From positions 10,814 through 74,813 of the IMG/VR virus record IMGVR_UViG_3300021961_000065: DNA of 64,000 nt; one strand, written 5' to 3'. The notes under the pieces are model-generated. The model was given only the letters and a program-made list of their open reading frames with translations, was not told where the DNA came from and searched no databases. The stretch comes from a virus. Each line of letters starts with the position of its first letter. The first letter of the stretch is position 1. The translations under genes were made by a program, and so were the position numbers. This document shows, piece after piece, positions 49,111 through 59,575 of the stretch.

Positions 49111-51400
49111 GATCTAATGTTACTACAGGTGTTGCCCATCCTAATAAAACCATATCTTTACCTGCTTCTGATTCTATCTTTAAACTTAAGGTTTTACCTG
49201 ATCCTCTTATTTTATTCTTTGTTACAATAACTTCTTCACCATAATCAAAAGTATCTGTAGGTCCACTTGGTATATAATTTCTTAATAAACGATAAGCTTG
49301 AAATTGTGTACCCCATTTACCACTGTTAGCACTATTTGCCCAATTCCATTGAGCTTGCACTAAACATGATGATTGTTTATCTAATTCTAAATTACCACCT
49401 ACTTCTGTATAACCATCTTCTGTTCGTTTTAAATAAAAGAAAATGTAGTTAGCTTGTTTACGTCTCATAATATCATTATATAATTCATAGCCAGTTACAA
49501 GATAACTTGAATAATCAGCCCCTACATTATCTACTGTATACCAGTCTTTAAATTGTAAACTACTAAATTTAGAAATTGTAAATTGAGTTCCTTTTATAGT
49601 AAGATAACTAAATTGTGAACTTCTATTTAAAGGAGTATCAATAGTTATAACTACAGGATTACTACTACTATCAATAACTGTATTTGTATTTACAACAACA
49701 TTTGTATCTTGTTCTGCAATTACATAACCTGGTATTTGAATATAATCAGCAATATAAGGAGAACCTGTTGCTAAGTCTGCAAATGTATTTGTATACCAAG
49801 CTTGTAATGTTAAATCATAAATTAATTCTTTATTGTATTTATTTATGTAATTAGTCGTATTATAAACAACATCATTATTATCATTGTATAACCAACGTAC
49901 TCTATTTTCTTTTTCATCATAATAACCTTTACAAAAGTCTTTACCTAATTCAGGAATATCTAAATATAAAGATTGAATTGTTGTTAATGATAAAGAAACA
50001 GCTTTAAAACGTCCTCCTGCAGCATCAGGAGTAAGCATATAAATACCTGCATTAGACCAATAAAAGAAAGCTCCATTAACAAAAACAATAGAGTCAGCAT
50101 TAAGTACACCATTATCAGATATTTTACCTAACTGAAAAGAGGTTGCATTAAAACCACCTGTATCACCATAAAGTTCCCATACACCATTTTCTGCAAAGAT
50201 TAATAAAGAAGCTTGAGACGGCACAATTTTAATAATCTTGCTACAATCAGGTATTTGTACAGTACCTCCATCAGAAGCTACTACATCATTTAAAGCTGAA
50301 TCTGTTGGATCAGTTTCTTGATGACATTTACCTAATTGGTCATCTGACGTTACTACTTGAGTAAAGAAAATATAACCTGAATAATTAGGTGATTTAGCAT
50401 CAGGATCAGTTACATTAGAAACAATACCTGAATAAAAAAGTCGTTGAGCATAAGCAGCAATAGTAGTTAATGATCCTGTTTCTTGATCTGTATTAAGACC
50501 TGTTACATCTGTATTAGTTTCTCTACTAGAGCCTCTATTAAAAGCATCTATAATAATACGACCTTTAGCTACTTGAAAACGAGAAGTAGCATTTTTTTCA
50601 AGAATAGTAGGATCATACTTTTCATAGTTAGCATCTGTAGCATCACTATTTTTACCTAATACAAAAGCATCAGCATTACTAGGATAACCTCCTAAAGCTC
50701 CTCGTGTAGCATTAAGAGCATCAGTTGTAGCTACTGTAGGAGTTGCAGGATCATTATCATCATCCCATTGAGTACTAACTGTAACAATGTTTTCTGCCCA
50801 ACCTTGATTTCTAAGATTATATTTATGTTCAATAGATAATGCTGCAGGTCTTTCATCTACATCTAAACCATCCTCAAGTCCCCATATATCACGTACTTTA
50901 ATATCAATCGTAGTTTGAGTAACAGTATCTGTAGTAGAATTATAAGATAATAAAACAGGTTTTGATAAATCTTCAGATACTAAAATACATTTATTATTAA
51001 TAACAGCAGTTTGTAATTTAGCATTACTTAAATCTGTTACTGTTAAAGCACTACCACCATTTAATAAATTAGCACTAGGATTAGCTGTAAGTAAATCTAC
51101 AAACCATAGTTTACCTTCTATTCTAATAATACCAATAGATACAGAACTAGACCCTCCTGGTGTTGTCCAACGATGAAAAGACTGTTTACTTTCTTTAATA
51201 GTATCTACTGTTAAACCTGTACTATTTAATTGATACAAGTTTTCATAGTCAATACCTAGTCGTCTTGAACGAGAGCCATCTCGATTCAGAACAAAGTTAT
51301 TTTCATCAAGAGAAGCATTTTCAGGAAAAGTAAGAGGACTTGCCTCAGTAATTAAACCTTTTGTAAAAGATCTAAATGCCTTTTCAATAGCTTTAGCCAC
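49103..51400 (-). CDS. Tail tubular protein B / nozzle (second homologue)
   Basis: Colinear homologue of 5333-7582 with a short insertion. Confidence 0.75.
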   Translation of the reverse strand: MAKAIEKAFRSFTKGLITEASPLTFPENASLDENNFVLNRDGSRSRRLGIDYENLYQLNSTGLTVDTIKESKQSFHRWTTPGGSSSVSIGIIRIEGKLWFVDLLTANPSANLLNGGSALTVTDLSNAKLQTAVINNKCILVSEDLSKPVLLSYNSTTDTVTQTTIDIKVRDIWGLEDGLDVDERPAALSIEHKYNLRNQGWAENIVTVSTQWDDDNDPATPTVATTDALNATRGALGGYPSNADAFVLGKNSDATDANYEKYDPTILEKNATSRFQVAKGRIIIDAFNRGSSRETNTDVTGLNTDQETGSLTTIAAYAQRLFYSGIVSNVTDPDAKSPNYSGYIFFTQVVTSDDQLGKCHQETDPTDSALNDVVASDGGTVQIPDCSKIIKIVPSQASLLIFAENGVWELYGDTGGFNATSFQLGKISDNGVLNADSIVFVNGAFFYWSNAGIYMLTPDAAGGRFKAVSLSLTTIQSLYLDIPELGKDFCKGYYDEKENRVRWLYNDNNDVVYNTTNYINKYNKELIYDLTLQAWYTNTFADLATGSPYIADYIQIPGYVIAEQDTNVVVNTNTVIDSSSNPVVITIDTPLNRSSQFSYLTIKGTQFTISKFSSLQFKDWYTVDNVGADYSSYLVTGYELYNDIMRRKQANYIFFYLKRTEDGYTEVGGNLELDKQSSCLVQAQWNWANSANSGKWGTQFQAYRLLRNYIPSGPTDTFDYGEEVIVTKNKIRGSGKTLSLKIESEAGKDMVLLGWATPVVTLDRA

Positions 51401-51643
51401 TTAGTCTTCCTTTGTAAGTTCTAGTTTTTCGTTTACTTTTTTAGATTGTTTCTTTTGTTGAGCTGTTAATAAATAGCTACGAGCTGTTACATCAGCTACT
51501 CGTTCTGATGTAAAATGACCCCCTAGTTGTTCAGGTAGTTCACCACCACTACCAAATTGAAACTTAAGATGAGCAGTAGTAGGGCATACAAATAATTGTA
51601 ATTCTTTACCACCTTCTGTTTCATACGTTCTTATAATTTTCAT
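51401..51643 (-). CDS. Conserved hypothetical phage protein
   Basis: Homologue of 7587-7856. Confidence 0.6.
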   Translation of the reverse strand: MKIIRTYETEGGKELQLFVCPTTAHLKFQFGSGGELPEQLGGHFTSERVADVTARSYLLTAQQKKQSKKVNEKLELTKED

Positions 51644-51644
51644 T

Positions 51645-51884
51645 TTATGTCCTTTGAAGTTTCTTTTTACGATCTTCGTTATCTTTACGTAATTGTTCTG
51701 TACGTTCTTTAGATTCTTCTACTTGATCTTTCATAGAAGGATGAGTATAGTTACCTTCATCATCTACATTATATTTATTTAAAAACTCATCTATATCTTT
51801 ATAGTGAGGTAAGTCAGCCCTTTCTTTTTGAGCATCTTCATATATAGTTGATTCTCTTTTTTGTTTTTTAGGCATAGTGCTCAT
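51645..51884 (-). CDS. Hypothetical charged protein
   Basis: In-operon; occupies the slot of the two ORFs at 7871-8523. Confidence 0.5.
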   Translation of the reverse strand: MSTMPKKQKRESTIYEDAQKERADLPHYKDIDEFLNKYNVDDEGNYTHPSMKDQVEESKERTEQLRKDNEDRKKKLQRT

Positions 51885-51886
51885 TA

Positions 51887-52051
51887 TTAGTAACCTTGTT
51901 TTTTAGGTTTAGCCATTTTCTTCATTGGTTTCTTTTTAGGCATAGGTTTCTTTTTCATAGGATGTTTCATAGTTTTTTTACCTTTCTTAGTTGATTTACC
52001 ATATTGTTCTTTATGAACAAAGGCTTGAGTGTTGCTCGTTAATTGTGTCAT
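51887..52051 (-). CDS. 54-aa basic peptide with MCP-like N-terminus
   Basis: MTQLTSNTQAFVHKEQYGKSTKKGKKTMKHPMKKKPMPKKKPMKKMAKPKKQGY; TAATG coupling to the adaptor gene. Confidence 0.8.
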   Translation of the reverse strand: MTQLTSNTQAFVHKEQYGKSTKKGKKTMKHPMKKKPMPKKKPMKKMAKPKKQGY

Positions 52052-52827
52052 TAGTAGTTAGGCTTTCCTTTAATACCTGGTTTACGACCATAGTTTCCAA
52101 ATGTAATACCATTTTTTAGTCTCCAAGCTTCTTGGCTCATTCTACGTTTTTGAGATATAGAAGCTTGTTCTGCTTTAGGATTAGGCATTTGTTTTAAAGT
52201 TAAGAAACAATTTGATTTAGCTTCTGCTAATAAATAAGTAAACATTTGTACAGGTAAATCAGGTGTAAAAGAATCTGTTATACTAAAAGTTACTGATCTT
52301 TTACCTTGTGCTTTTGTTTTAGAAGAAGACAATGTAGAGTCTATAACACTATCATAAGAATCAAAAACTAAAGTTTCATCATCAAAAGATGTAAAATAAT
52401 TAGGACTTTGGTCATTATAAATATTTAAAGTAATACCTGTAGCATCTGTAACAACAGTTACATCAGAAGCAGAGCTATCTCGTTGATCTACAATATACAT
52501 AAAATCTTCAGGTGTTTTATAAATAATTTCTTTATATTTATCTTTAGTATCAGTTAACTTACGACAATTATATTTAATAAATTTAAGATCTATAATATCT
52601 TCAGGTAGTCTCATGTGTGTAGGTTTTGTATTATCACCTGAAGCTTGTAACTGAAATAACTCATATAAAAATGGCATATCACGACCATCTATAATATTAT
52701 AGTATGTTGATTTAATTATTTGGGCTACTTGAGTGGCTTCTTGAGTATCATTAATACTATTAATTTCATCAGAATCCATGTCTGACATTATGTCTTGTAC
52801 CATTTCAAGTAGTGTCATTTTAGCCAT
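52051..52827 (-). CDS. Tail tubular protein A / adaptor (second homologue)
   Basis: Same length as, and colinear with, 8669-9445. Confidence 0.7.
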   Translation of the reverse strand: MAKMTLLEMVQDIMSDMDSDEINSINDTQEATQVAQIIKSTYYNIIDGRDMPFLYELFQLQASGDNTKPTHMRLPEDIIDLKFIKYNCRKLTDTKDKYKEIIYKTPEDFMYIVDQRDSSASDVTVVTDATGITLNIYNDQSPNYFTSFDDETLVFDSYDSVIDSTLSSSKTKAQGKRSVTFSITDSFTPDLPVQMFTYLLAEAKSNCFLTLKQMPNPKAEQASISQKRRMSQEAWRLKNGITFGNYGRKPGIKGKPNY

Positions 52828-52836
52828 AATTTATTC

Positions 52837-53412
52837 CTAGTCTAAGAAGAGAGCTACTAAACCTGCTTCAGTTGGAGTAATATTCTCTCCTGAAGAAGTA
52901 CCATCTCCTCCTACGTGTATTGATAATAATTGACCTGCTGTTGCATTTACAGTGCCTGTAGAAGATAAAGTTAATTTATCAGCACCATTAGTAGGTTTAG
53001 CTACTGTACTTGTTCGAGTACTTGTTGTACCATCTAAAGCAAATTTAAAGTTATAAACAGATCCTGAAGCTATAGCTGTTGTTGTAAAGTTAATCCAAAA
53101 AGTAATTAAATAGTGACCTGCTTGATTAAGTGTAATAACTCCACTAGCAGGTGTTACAGTAAGAATATCTTCATTACCTGAAGCTGTCCATTCGGCACTT
53201 GGATTAAGAATTGTATAAGCAGAAGCTCCTGCTAAAGTATGTGTAGTTGTACCACTTGTAATATAAATTTCAGCATGAGGTTTACCAGGAGGATATTCCC
53301 ATGCACCTGATCCTGATCCATTAGAAATATATACTTTACCACTTGTAGCAGCCGCTACACCCTTAGGCTCATGTATATCTGGATCTGTGATAATGTTATG
53401 TTGTATAGTCAT
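52837..53412 (-). CDS. Virion structural protein (second homologue)
   Basis: Homologue of 9450-10022. Confidence 0.55.
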   Translation of the reverse strand: MTIQHNIITDPDIHEPKGVAAATSGKVYISNGSGSGAWEYPPGKPHAEIYITSGTTTHTLAGASAYTILNPSAEWTASGNEDILTVTPASGVITLNQAGHYLITFWINFTTTAIASGSVYNFKFALDGTTSTRTSTVAKPTNGADKLTLSSTGTVNATAGQLLSIHVGGDGTSSGENITPTEAGLVALFLD

Positions 53413-53815
53413 TTAATATATATTCCTAAAAGATAAGGGAGGGTCCGAAGACCCTCATCCTTAATTAGTTTTTGTCGTAAACGTATTCAACGACAAGTCG
53501 AGCTTTACCTGTAAGTAAATCGTCAACGTTAGGAGCAACTACAACTTCTCCTGCAGTAGCACCGATTGTTTTACCTACTAAAGCACCTGCACCAGTAACA
53601 ACGTTACCTGCAGTGCCAATAGCTGTTTGTGTAGCCTCATCAGCTTCCACCAAACCATCAGCATCGATAGCAACACCTGCAGAATTATACAATCCAACAA
53701 CTAAGTCTGTTGTAGTAGATGTAGAAGTAAATGCTACATCAACATATAACTTAGCTGAAACGATTGTTGCGTTTGCAGGAATAACATATTGTAAATTGCT
53801 AGTACCAGAAGCAGG
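53354..53815. repeat. 462-bp exact direct repeat, copy 2
   Basis: Identical to 9964-10425. Confidence 0.9.
53426..53463 (-). terminator. Intrinsic terminator after the capsid genes
   Basis: Identical to 10036-10073. Confidence 0.75.
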
Positions 53816-53953
53816 AAGGTTATTATACGCAAAGTCCCATTGGGCTCTTTTGATAATACCTGTAGATGCTGTTTGAGCACCTTTACTGCCATCTGTTGTT
53901 CTAGCACCATAGTGGTTAGCTACTCCACGTTTAGCATCAATTTCATAACTCAT
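53465..53953 (-). CDS. Putative capsid decoration protein (second copy)
   Basis: Only a few N-terminal substitutions relative to 10075-10563. Confidence 0.6.
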   Translation of the reverse strand: MSYEIDAKRGVANHYGARTTDGSKGAQTASTGIIKRAQWDFAYNNLPASGTSNLQYVIPANATIVSAKLYVDVAFTSTSTTTDLVVGLYNSAGVAIDADGLVEADEATQTAIGTAGNVVTGAGALVGKTIGATAGEVVVAPNVDDLLTGKARLVVEYVYDKN

Positions 53954-53968
53954 TGTTTCGTCTCCCTA

Positions 53969-54952
53969 TTAGTATGTAGCTTCGTCAGTTAAAATAACAC
54001 CAAGTGTATCTACACGTTGAGCACCGAAACCAAAGCGAGAAGTAACTTGATACTTGTCAGCTCTTTCTTCTTGATCTCTCCAACCTTCTGTTTTAGGAGC
54101 ACGTCTCCATGCGTGCATGATTGGCTTGCAAGAGTCATCAGCAACACACATAAATACGTTAGCCTTGTCACCAACTTCAGCAGTATCGTTAGCTAAGCCG
54201 TAGCCTGAGCCGTCAATAGCTTCTGTAGAAGTTAATGATGGTAAGAAGTTAGAAGTGTAGATGTCAAAACCAAATATGTTTCTTACAAACTTATGGTCAC
54301 GAGCAAAACCTTCTGTTACGATACCTTCGAACATTGGGTTGTTTGATACGTTTACTAAGTTTTGTAAGCTGTTTAATGTAGCTTCAACAACTGGGTCTAC
54401 AATAGCGATACGACCACCTGATGGAACATTAGCTTTATCAAATGCTAATTTCATAGCGATGATGTCATCTAATGTCATGTTACGAGTAGAAGCACCTGCT
54501 CCACCTGCAACCCAACGATGTGGACGACCATTTACTAAGTTAGCATTAGCAGCAGTATGAGCAGCATTAACAGCAGCTAAGAATTTAGTTTCATGGTTTT
54601 CACCTAATGCACGGGTAGATTCCATAGCACGCATAGCCATGAGTGTATCTACTTGAGAACCATCTTCACGAAGGTCATCAGACACTTTCCAAGCATCACC
54701 TATATAATCAGTAATAGCAAGTGTTAAGTTACCTGTGTCAATAGGAGAGAAATTTAAAGGAGTATCCTCAGCAGCATCTTGAAGAGTTACAGTACCTACT
54801 GTCTTGATGTTTAAAGTTGTACCTGAACCGAAGTCAGTTACATCTCTCCACATACCTTCTGGCAATAGATAGTCATGTAAGTTCTCAAGAATAAACTGTG
54901 AATACTGTTGAGCTTCAATAAAAGCTGTAGTATTGCTAGTTAATTGTGACAT
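53969..54952 (-). CDS. Major capsid protein (second homologue)
   Basis: Highly similar to 10575-11555. Confidence 0.9.
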   Translation of the reverse strand: MSQLTSNTTAFIEAQQYSQFILENLHDYLLPEGMWRDVTDFGSGTTLNIKTVGTVTLQDAAEDTPLNFSPIDTGNLTLAITDYIGDAWKVSDDLREDGSQVDTLMAMRAMESTRALGENHETKFLAAVNAAHTAANANLVNGRPHRWVAGGAGASTRNMTLDDIIAMKLAFDKANVPSGGRIAIVDPVVEATLNSLQNLVNVSNNPMFEGIVTEGFARDHKFVRNIFGFDIYTSNFLPSLTSTEAIDGSGYGLANDTAEVGDKANVFMCVADDSCKPIMHAWRRAPKTEGWRDQEERADKYQVTSRFGFGAQRVDTLGVILTDEATY

Positions 54953-54964
54953 AATATTTCCTTA

Positions 54965-55684
54965 TTATAATTGAGATTTAACTTTCTCACCTGCATTTCT
55001 CCATGCTGCCAACATATCTTTAGTAGAAGCTCCTTTCGGAACTTTAGCAGATAATTCTGGCTTAGCTGTATTGTTTAAAGCTTGTGTATTAATAGAACTT
55101 GAAGGTTTACCTACTGGTGTAGATTTAGTTTCAAATCCTGCAAGCTTCATAACAACATTAGGAGATGTTGCAGCTAAGTTATTAAGTTGTTGCACAGTTA
55201 GACCTGCTTCTTGAGCAATCTTAGTATAAGCTGCCTCAGCTTGAGCTCCATACTGTTCAGTAAACTTAGAAGCTACTGTTTGTGCATTTTGCTTAGCTTT
55301 AGACTGCTGTTCTTTTTGCTCAATAGTTTGAGTAACTAACTGCATTAGTCTATCTTGATCAATTTCAACACCTTGAGGGGTTGCCTCTCTTGGTTGAATG
55401 CCAGACTTCATTTCATCTAGTAGTTCTTCTGCAGTTTTACGTCTTGTTAGTTCTTCCTTCAGTTGAGCCATCTCTTCCTCTAGGGTTTTGATATGCTCTT
55501 GTGCATGAGGAACTGATTTCAACGCATCTTCTGCAGATTTATACTTTTTACCTTCTCCTACAAAGTCTAGAGCTTCTGTCGGAATCTCAAACTTAGGGGT
55601 GGAAGTATCTGCTTGCTGAGTCGCTTGGGTAGTTGACTCATTAGAAACTTGTTCTTGTTGTATGTTATTGTTATCTTCAGCCAT
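54965..55684 (-). CDS. Scaffolding protein (second homologue)
   Basis: Homologue of 11569-12288. Confidence 0.75.
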   Translation of the reverse strand: MAEDNNNIQQEQVSNESTTQATQQADTSTPKFEIPTEALDFVGEGKKYKSAEDALKSVPHAQEHIKTLEEEMAQLKEELTRRKTAEELLDEMKSGIQPREATPQGVEIDQDRLMQLVTQTIEQKEQQSKAKQNAQTVASKFTEQYGAQAEAAYTKIAQEAGLTVQQLNNLAATSPNVVMKLAGFETKSTPVGKPSSSINTQALNNTAKPELSAKVPKGASTKDMLAAWRNAGEKVKSQL

Positions 55685-55905
55685 TATTTTTCTCCTTGGT
55701 CAGGAATAAGATTATATAGTTTAGAAAAAGCCTTTTGAAAGCCAAGTTGATAAGCTTGATGTTCAGACCATGCAGGTAAAGAGAAATTATCTTCATCAAC
55801 ACATTTACGTCTTGACAACTCAATCTGTTCTGTGAGATAATCTTTTAACTCTTTAAATACTTGATCTTTAGTAAGCTTCTTAGCTTTATCTGATTTTAAA
55901 TCCAT
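55684..55905 (-). CDS. Conserved small protein
   Basis: Homologue of 12288-12509. Confidence 0.7.
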   Translation of the reverse strand: MDLKSDKAKKLTKDQVFKELKDYLTEQIELSRRKCVDEDNFSLPAWSEHQAYQLGFQKAFSKLYNLIPDQGEK

Positions 55906-55911
55906 ATAAAT

Positions 55912-55940
55912 ATTATACCATAAGTTGGTTTAAAAGTCAA
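55912..55940 (-). promoter_or_regulatory. Sigma70-type promoter (probably leaderless)
   Basis: TTGACT-N17-TATAAT with TGn extension; ATG lies 6 nt after the -10. Confidence 0.8.
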
Positions 55941-55941
55941 G

Positions 55942-57753
55942 TTAAACTTGTGGTTCTTCAGGTTGTTGGGGAGCTAACTCCTCTGCCTGTTGAGCCAACA
56001 TCTGCTCTTCCATTCCTGGTTGAGCTTGTTCAGCTTGAATTGATTGTTGGACTTGATTTATAAGTCTTTGTGTCTCTGCTTGTTCAAATATAGCAGCATT
56101 ATCTTTAATAAATTCATATTGTTCAAAGCCCATATATTCTTCTACCATCTTAGCAAGACGTTTAGCTGATATATGAGGAGCAATAACTTGTCCCATAGGA
56201 CTATTAAAGACACCTAGCATATTCTGTATAAGTTGAGCACGAGCAGCAAAGTGTCTAGCTCCGATAGGACGGAGTTTACCTTTAGCTGTAATGTCTTCTT
56301 TAGTAATAGATAAGAAGTCGGCAACACCAAGATCATCATCCATTACACGAGAAACTTCTACAATATCCATGTTACGTTTAGAAACTTCTAACATGGTATT
56401 TAAGATTGGTTCTAAGAACTCAACCTCGAATTGGTTAATTTTATGTTGGAATATTCTGCCTGCAGCATTCTGTAACTGTTGTACTTCAAACGCTGTCTTT
56501 TCTCCTGGGGTTCTAAAGCCCATAGCTTCTTTAGGAGCTCCTGCCATTTCTTCCATGATAGCTAATAAAGCTGCTATCTCATTGTTGACTTGGAAAGCAG
56601 CAGGATTAGGAGGCATCATACTTACATCACCATCTTCAGGGATATGAATTACTTCTTCAGGACCCCATGTAAATGGTTCTACATCACCTTTAATAGCAAT
56701 CGGTGGATGTATAGTTAAATCTAGTGCATCTGCTTTTAAGTTCTCTAAGTGATCTACTCGATATTGCATACCAACTAGATTGTCTAAAGGACCCATAGCA
56801 TATAGGTTGTCTGGACGAGTTCTCCATCCAACATGATGTTTATTGTCTCTACCAAACCAAGATGGATTCTCCATGTTACGAATAACAATAGAACGATCTA
56901 TAATAGTAATCATTCTACGTTCTAATAGATTACCTTCCATCTCGTCATAAATATCTCCTTCAAATTCTAGTATCTCTACTAAACCTGATTGGAAATATTC
57001 TTGTAAAGAACCAAAGCCATCTATATGATATGCTTCTGCTTTATTTACATCTTCTTGTCTAAATGATGAAATACTCTTACGAATCTCCATAGCTCTTTGT
57101 ACAGAACCTTCGTCATAGTTAAGATCAGGTCTATATTTAAGATCCTTCTGTAATTCACCTACTGTTTTTACATAGCGAGTAAATTTAGGAGAGTCTTTAA
57201 ATGAAACTGCTGTAGGATTAAAGATAATATCAAATGGTGATATTCTTAAAAGCTTAGGACCTCTATATGTTGTAATTTCTTCTTCAGATACAGGATCTAT
57301 ATGAGTCTCATTAACATAAGTTACTTCTGCAAAAGAGTTACCATAATCAATATAGTCATATACTAACTGTGATACTGTTTCTCTAAATCCTGATTCTCTA
57401 ACTTTAGTTTTAAGATAGGATTCAATAGCTTTTCTTTTCTTATGAGTAGAATCTTCTAGATTATACCCTTCCCATTTCATCCAATTATCATTTGGAAACA
57501 ACGCATCCATATAGTTAGCATGTAAGTTGTCTCTAATTTGAGTAAGCTTAGGCAGAGTAGTCTTATTCTTCCAAGGAAGTTTAGAGTTAGTAGTTTTAGT
57601 TGTATCTGTTGCAAATAAATAGTTCCTTAGCTCTCGCCATTCTGTTTCTTTTTCTTGTCTTTGAATCCACCAGTTATTATAAAGATGAGAAAGCTGTCTT
57701 GCTAATCCATCTCCTTCTAATAACCTTTTGATTTCTGCTACTTTTCCTGCCAT
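55942..57753 (-). CDS. Portal protein (second homologue)
   Basis: Colinear with 12548-14335. Confidence 0.9.
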   Translation of the reverse strand: MAGKVAEIKRLLEGDGLARQLSHLYNNWWIQRQEKETEWRELRNYLFATDTTKTTNSKLPWKNKTTLPKLTQIRDNLHANYMDALFPNDNWMKWEGYNLEDSTHKKRKAIESYLKTKVRESGFRETVSQLVYDYIDYGNSFAEVTYVNETHIDPVSEEEITTYRGPKLLRISPFDIIFNPTAVSFKDSPKFTRYVKTVGELQKDLKYRPDLNYDEGSVQRAMEIRKSISSFRQEDVNKAEAYHIDGFGSLQEYFQSGLVEILEFEGDIYDEMEGNLLERRMITIIDRSIVIRNMENPSWFGRDNKHHVGWRTRPDNLYAMGPLDNLVGMQYRVDHLENLKADALDLTIHPPIAIKGDVEPFTWGPEEVIHIPEDGDVSMMPPNPAAFQVNNEIAALLAIMEEMAGAPKEAMGFRTPGEKTAFEVQQLQNAAGRIFQHKINQFEVEFLEPILNTMLEVSKRNMDIVEVSRVMDDDLGVADFLSITKEDITAKGKLRPIGARHFAARAQLIQNMLGVFNSPMGQVIAPHISAKRLAKMVEEYMGFEQYEFIKDNAAIFEQAETQRLINQVQQSIQAEQAQPGMEEQMLAQQAEELAPQQPEEPQV

Positions 57754-57765
57754 AGTTATTCCTTA

Positions 57766-59301
57766 TTAATAAGATACACCACCAAAACGGGAGTGTGTTA
57801 CTATATTTCTACCTACACTAAAAGCACCTACACGCTGTTTAGGAATCACAGCTATTGCGATAGCGTTTGATAGAGCATCTTTAATATCGTCATGAGGTGG
57901 ATGAGTCATGACTAATTCTTCTTCTAATGATTGACAATTACCACCTTTATAATGCCATACTTGTAGGTTGTCATACTTAGGTTCAAGCACTGCTCCTACT
58001 CGTTCTTGTTTGTCACCTAAATGCCTAGTAGGTCTAAACTCTTCAATAGAAAGAGGTATACCATTAGGTTTTAAATAGCTCTCCTTAAGCTCCTTAACAA
58101 TCGTTTGCTGAGCTACTGTGGTCTCTGCTCTAAGTTTTCTAAAGCCCCACTTCTGCCATGCTGTAAGAATGTGATTGTAATAATCTACAATACGTTCTGT
58201 TTTAAATCGATCTATGTCTAACACATAGAAGTTCCCTTGATGATCTACTCCTACAACTACTAAAGCTGTATAGTCAGCTTTCTTTCTTAATGAGAACGCA
58301 AAGTCAATCGCTGCATAGACGTTGAGTTTACGATCTCGCATATACCAGTCCCCTTCTTTATTCTGTAGAATGTTTCTATCATAATATTGAAAGTTATCTG
58401 CATTAATTCTAGCTGTCTCAGTACTATTAGGATTATTATAGTATTGAGCATAGAATTGAGTATTATCGACATATTTAGCTTTGATTCGTGCTAACTCTTT
58501 AGCATCAAATCCAAAAGCTTTACCATCTGACCTTGTTCGTTTAGCCCATAGAAACTCACCATTGGTTTCTACGACCCTTTGAAATAACTCATATACTGGA
58601 TCTTCTGAAACTAACTCTCCATCTTCATCATAAAGAGTTTCTTTCATATTGATCATAGTATCATAAATATCTCTAGGATGATAACGAGTGCCAACAACCC
58701 ATTCATAAGCACCAGGATTTTCAATGGAGGCGAGTTGTGAATAAGCCGAGGCAACCTTTTCTCTACCATCTTCCGTATAAGCGTTACCTGGCACAACAAT
58801 ATCATCCAAGACGACAACATCAGCATGAAAGCCAGTAGTATTACTGGTAAGCCCAACAGCTTTACAAGTAGCATCCCTGATTCCTTCTAGTTTTCTTTGT
58901 GGGTGGTCTACTGCAATCTCAGCAACTGCCCACTTTTCACGTTTACCCTCTTCTGGGTGTATCATATCTGACCAATAACGTCTGTATATTGGATTATCTA
59001 AGACCTGTTTAATTGCATATAGCTGTTTCTCAGCTAAGTCAGCAGTAGCAGACACATAGAGTATAGTTGTTTCAGGATGCTTTGTAATCCACCATGCAGT
59101 TCTATAAGCTACTAACTTAGACTTCATGTGTCCTCGAGGAAGTAATACTAATTGGTTTTGTTTAGCATCTTGACGTTGCCACCATTGTATTAATTCTTCA
59201 TGAATAGCACCTAACATTAAGTGAGGAGCTACTAACTTAATAAACGTTAAGAGATCAGCTTCTGCTGCTTCTCTTATTTGATCTATACTAGCTTTTAACA
59301 T
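57766..59301 (-). CDS. terL: Terminase large subunit (second homologue)
   Basis: Same motifs as 14346-15875. Confidence 0.93.
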   Translation of the reverse strand: MLKASIDQIREAAEADLLTFIKLVAPHLMLGAIHEELIQWWQRQDAKQNQLVLLPRGHMKSKLVAYRTAWWITKHPETTILYVSATADLAEKQLYAIKQVLDNPIYRRYWSDMIHPEEGKREKWAVAEIAVDHPQRKLEGIRDATCKAVGLTSNTTGFHADVVVLDDIVVPGNAYTEDGREKVASAYSQLASIENPGAYEWVVGTRYHPRDIYDTMINMKETLYDEDGELVSEDPVYELFQRVVETNGEFLWAKRTRSDGKAFGFDAKELARIKAKYVDNTQFYAQYYNNPNSTETARINADNFQYYDRNILQNKEGDWYMRDRKLNVYAAIDFAFSLRKKADYTALVVVGVDHQGNFYVLDIDRFKTERIVDYYNHILTAWQKWGFRKLRAETTVAQQTIVKELKESYLKPNGIPLSIEEFRPTRHLGDKQERVGAVLEPKYDNLQVWHYKGGNCQSLEEELVMTHPPHDDIKDALSNAIAIAVIPKQRVGAFSVGRNIVTHSRFGGVSY

Positions 59302-59433
59302 TTAAGCTTTCTTCTTCTTTTTGCCCCAGTTATTCTGCATATCTTTATAAGCTTTAGCACTTATAGTAGATTTCTTTTTACTTCTGCTAGTTCCTGCTTT
59401 CTTTCTTTTGTTTATGTTTTCTACTAAGCTCAT
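59302..59433 (-). CDS. 43-aa basic protein (MSLVENINKRKKAGTSRSKKKSTISAKAYKDM...)
   Basis: Hand translation; fills the gap directly before terL. Confidence 0.65.
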   Translation of the reverse strand: MSLVENINKRKKAGTSRSKKKSTISAKAYKDMQNNWGKKKKKA

Positions 59434-59575
59434 TTTTAATCTGCTCCATTCTGTTTAAACGTTCTTCACGAGTAAGGTACAACCATTGACTTAAATCTTC
59501 AAAGGTGCGATGACATGATATACATCGAGTACCTTTCATTCGACACACCCCATTACAGGGTGAGTCCTCTACCAC
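59387..59575 (-). CDS. DUF1289-like Cys-rich small protein
   Basis: SPC.GVC....C.SC.RT..D...W.......R motif. Confidence 0.7.
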   Translation of the reverse strand: MVEDSPCNGVCRMKGTRCISCHRTFEDLSQWLYLTREERLNRMEQIKNELSRKHKQKKESRN

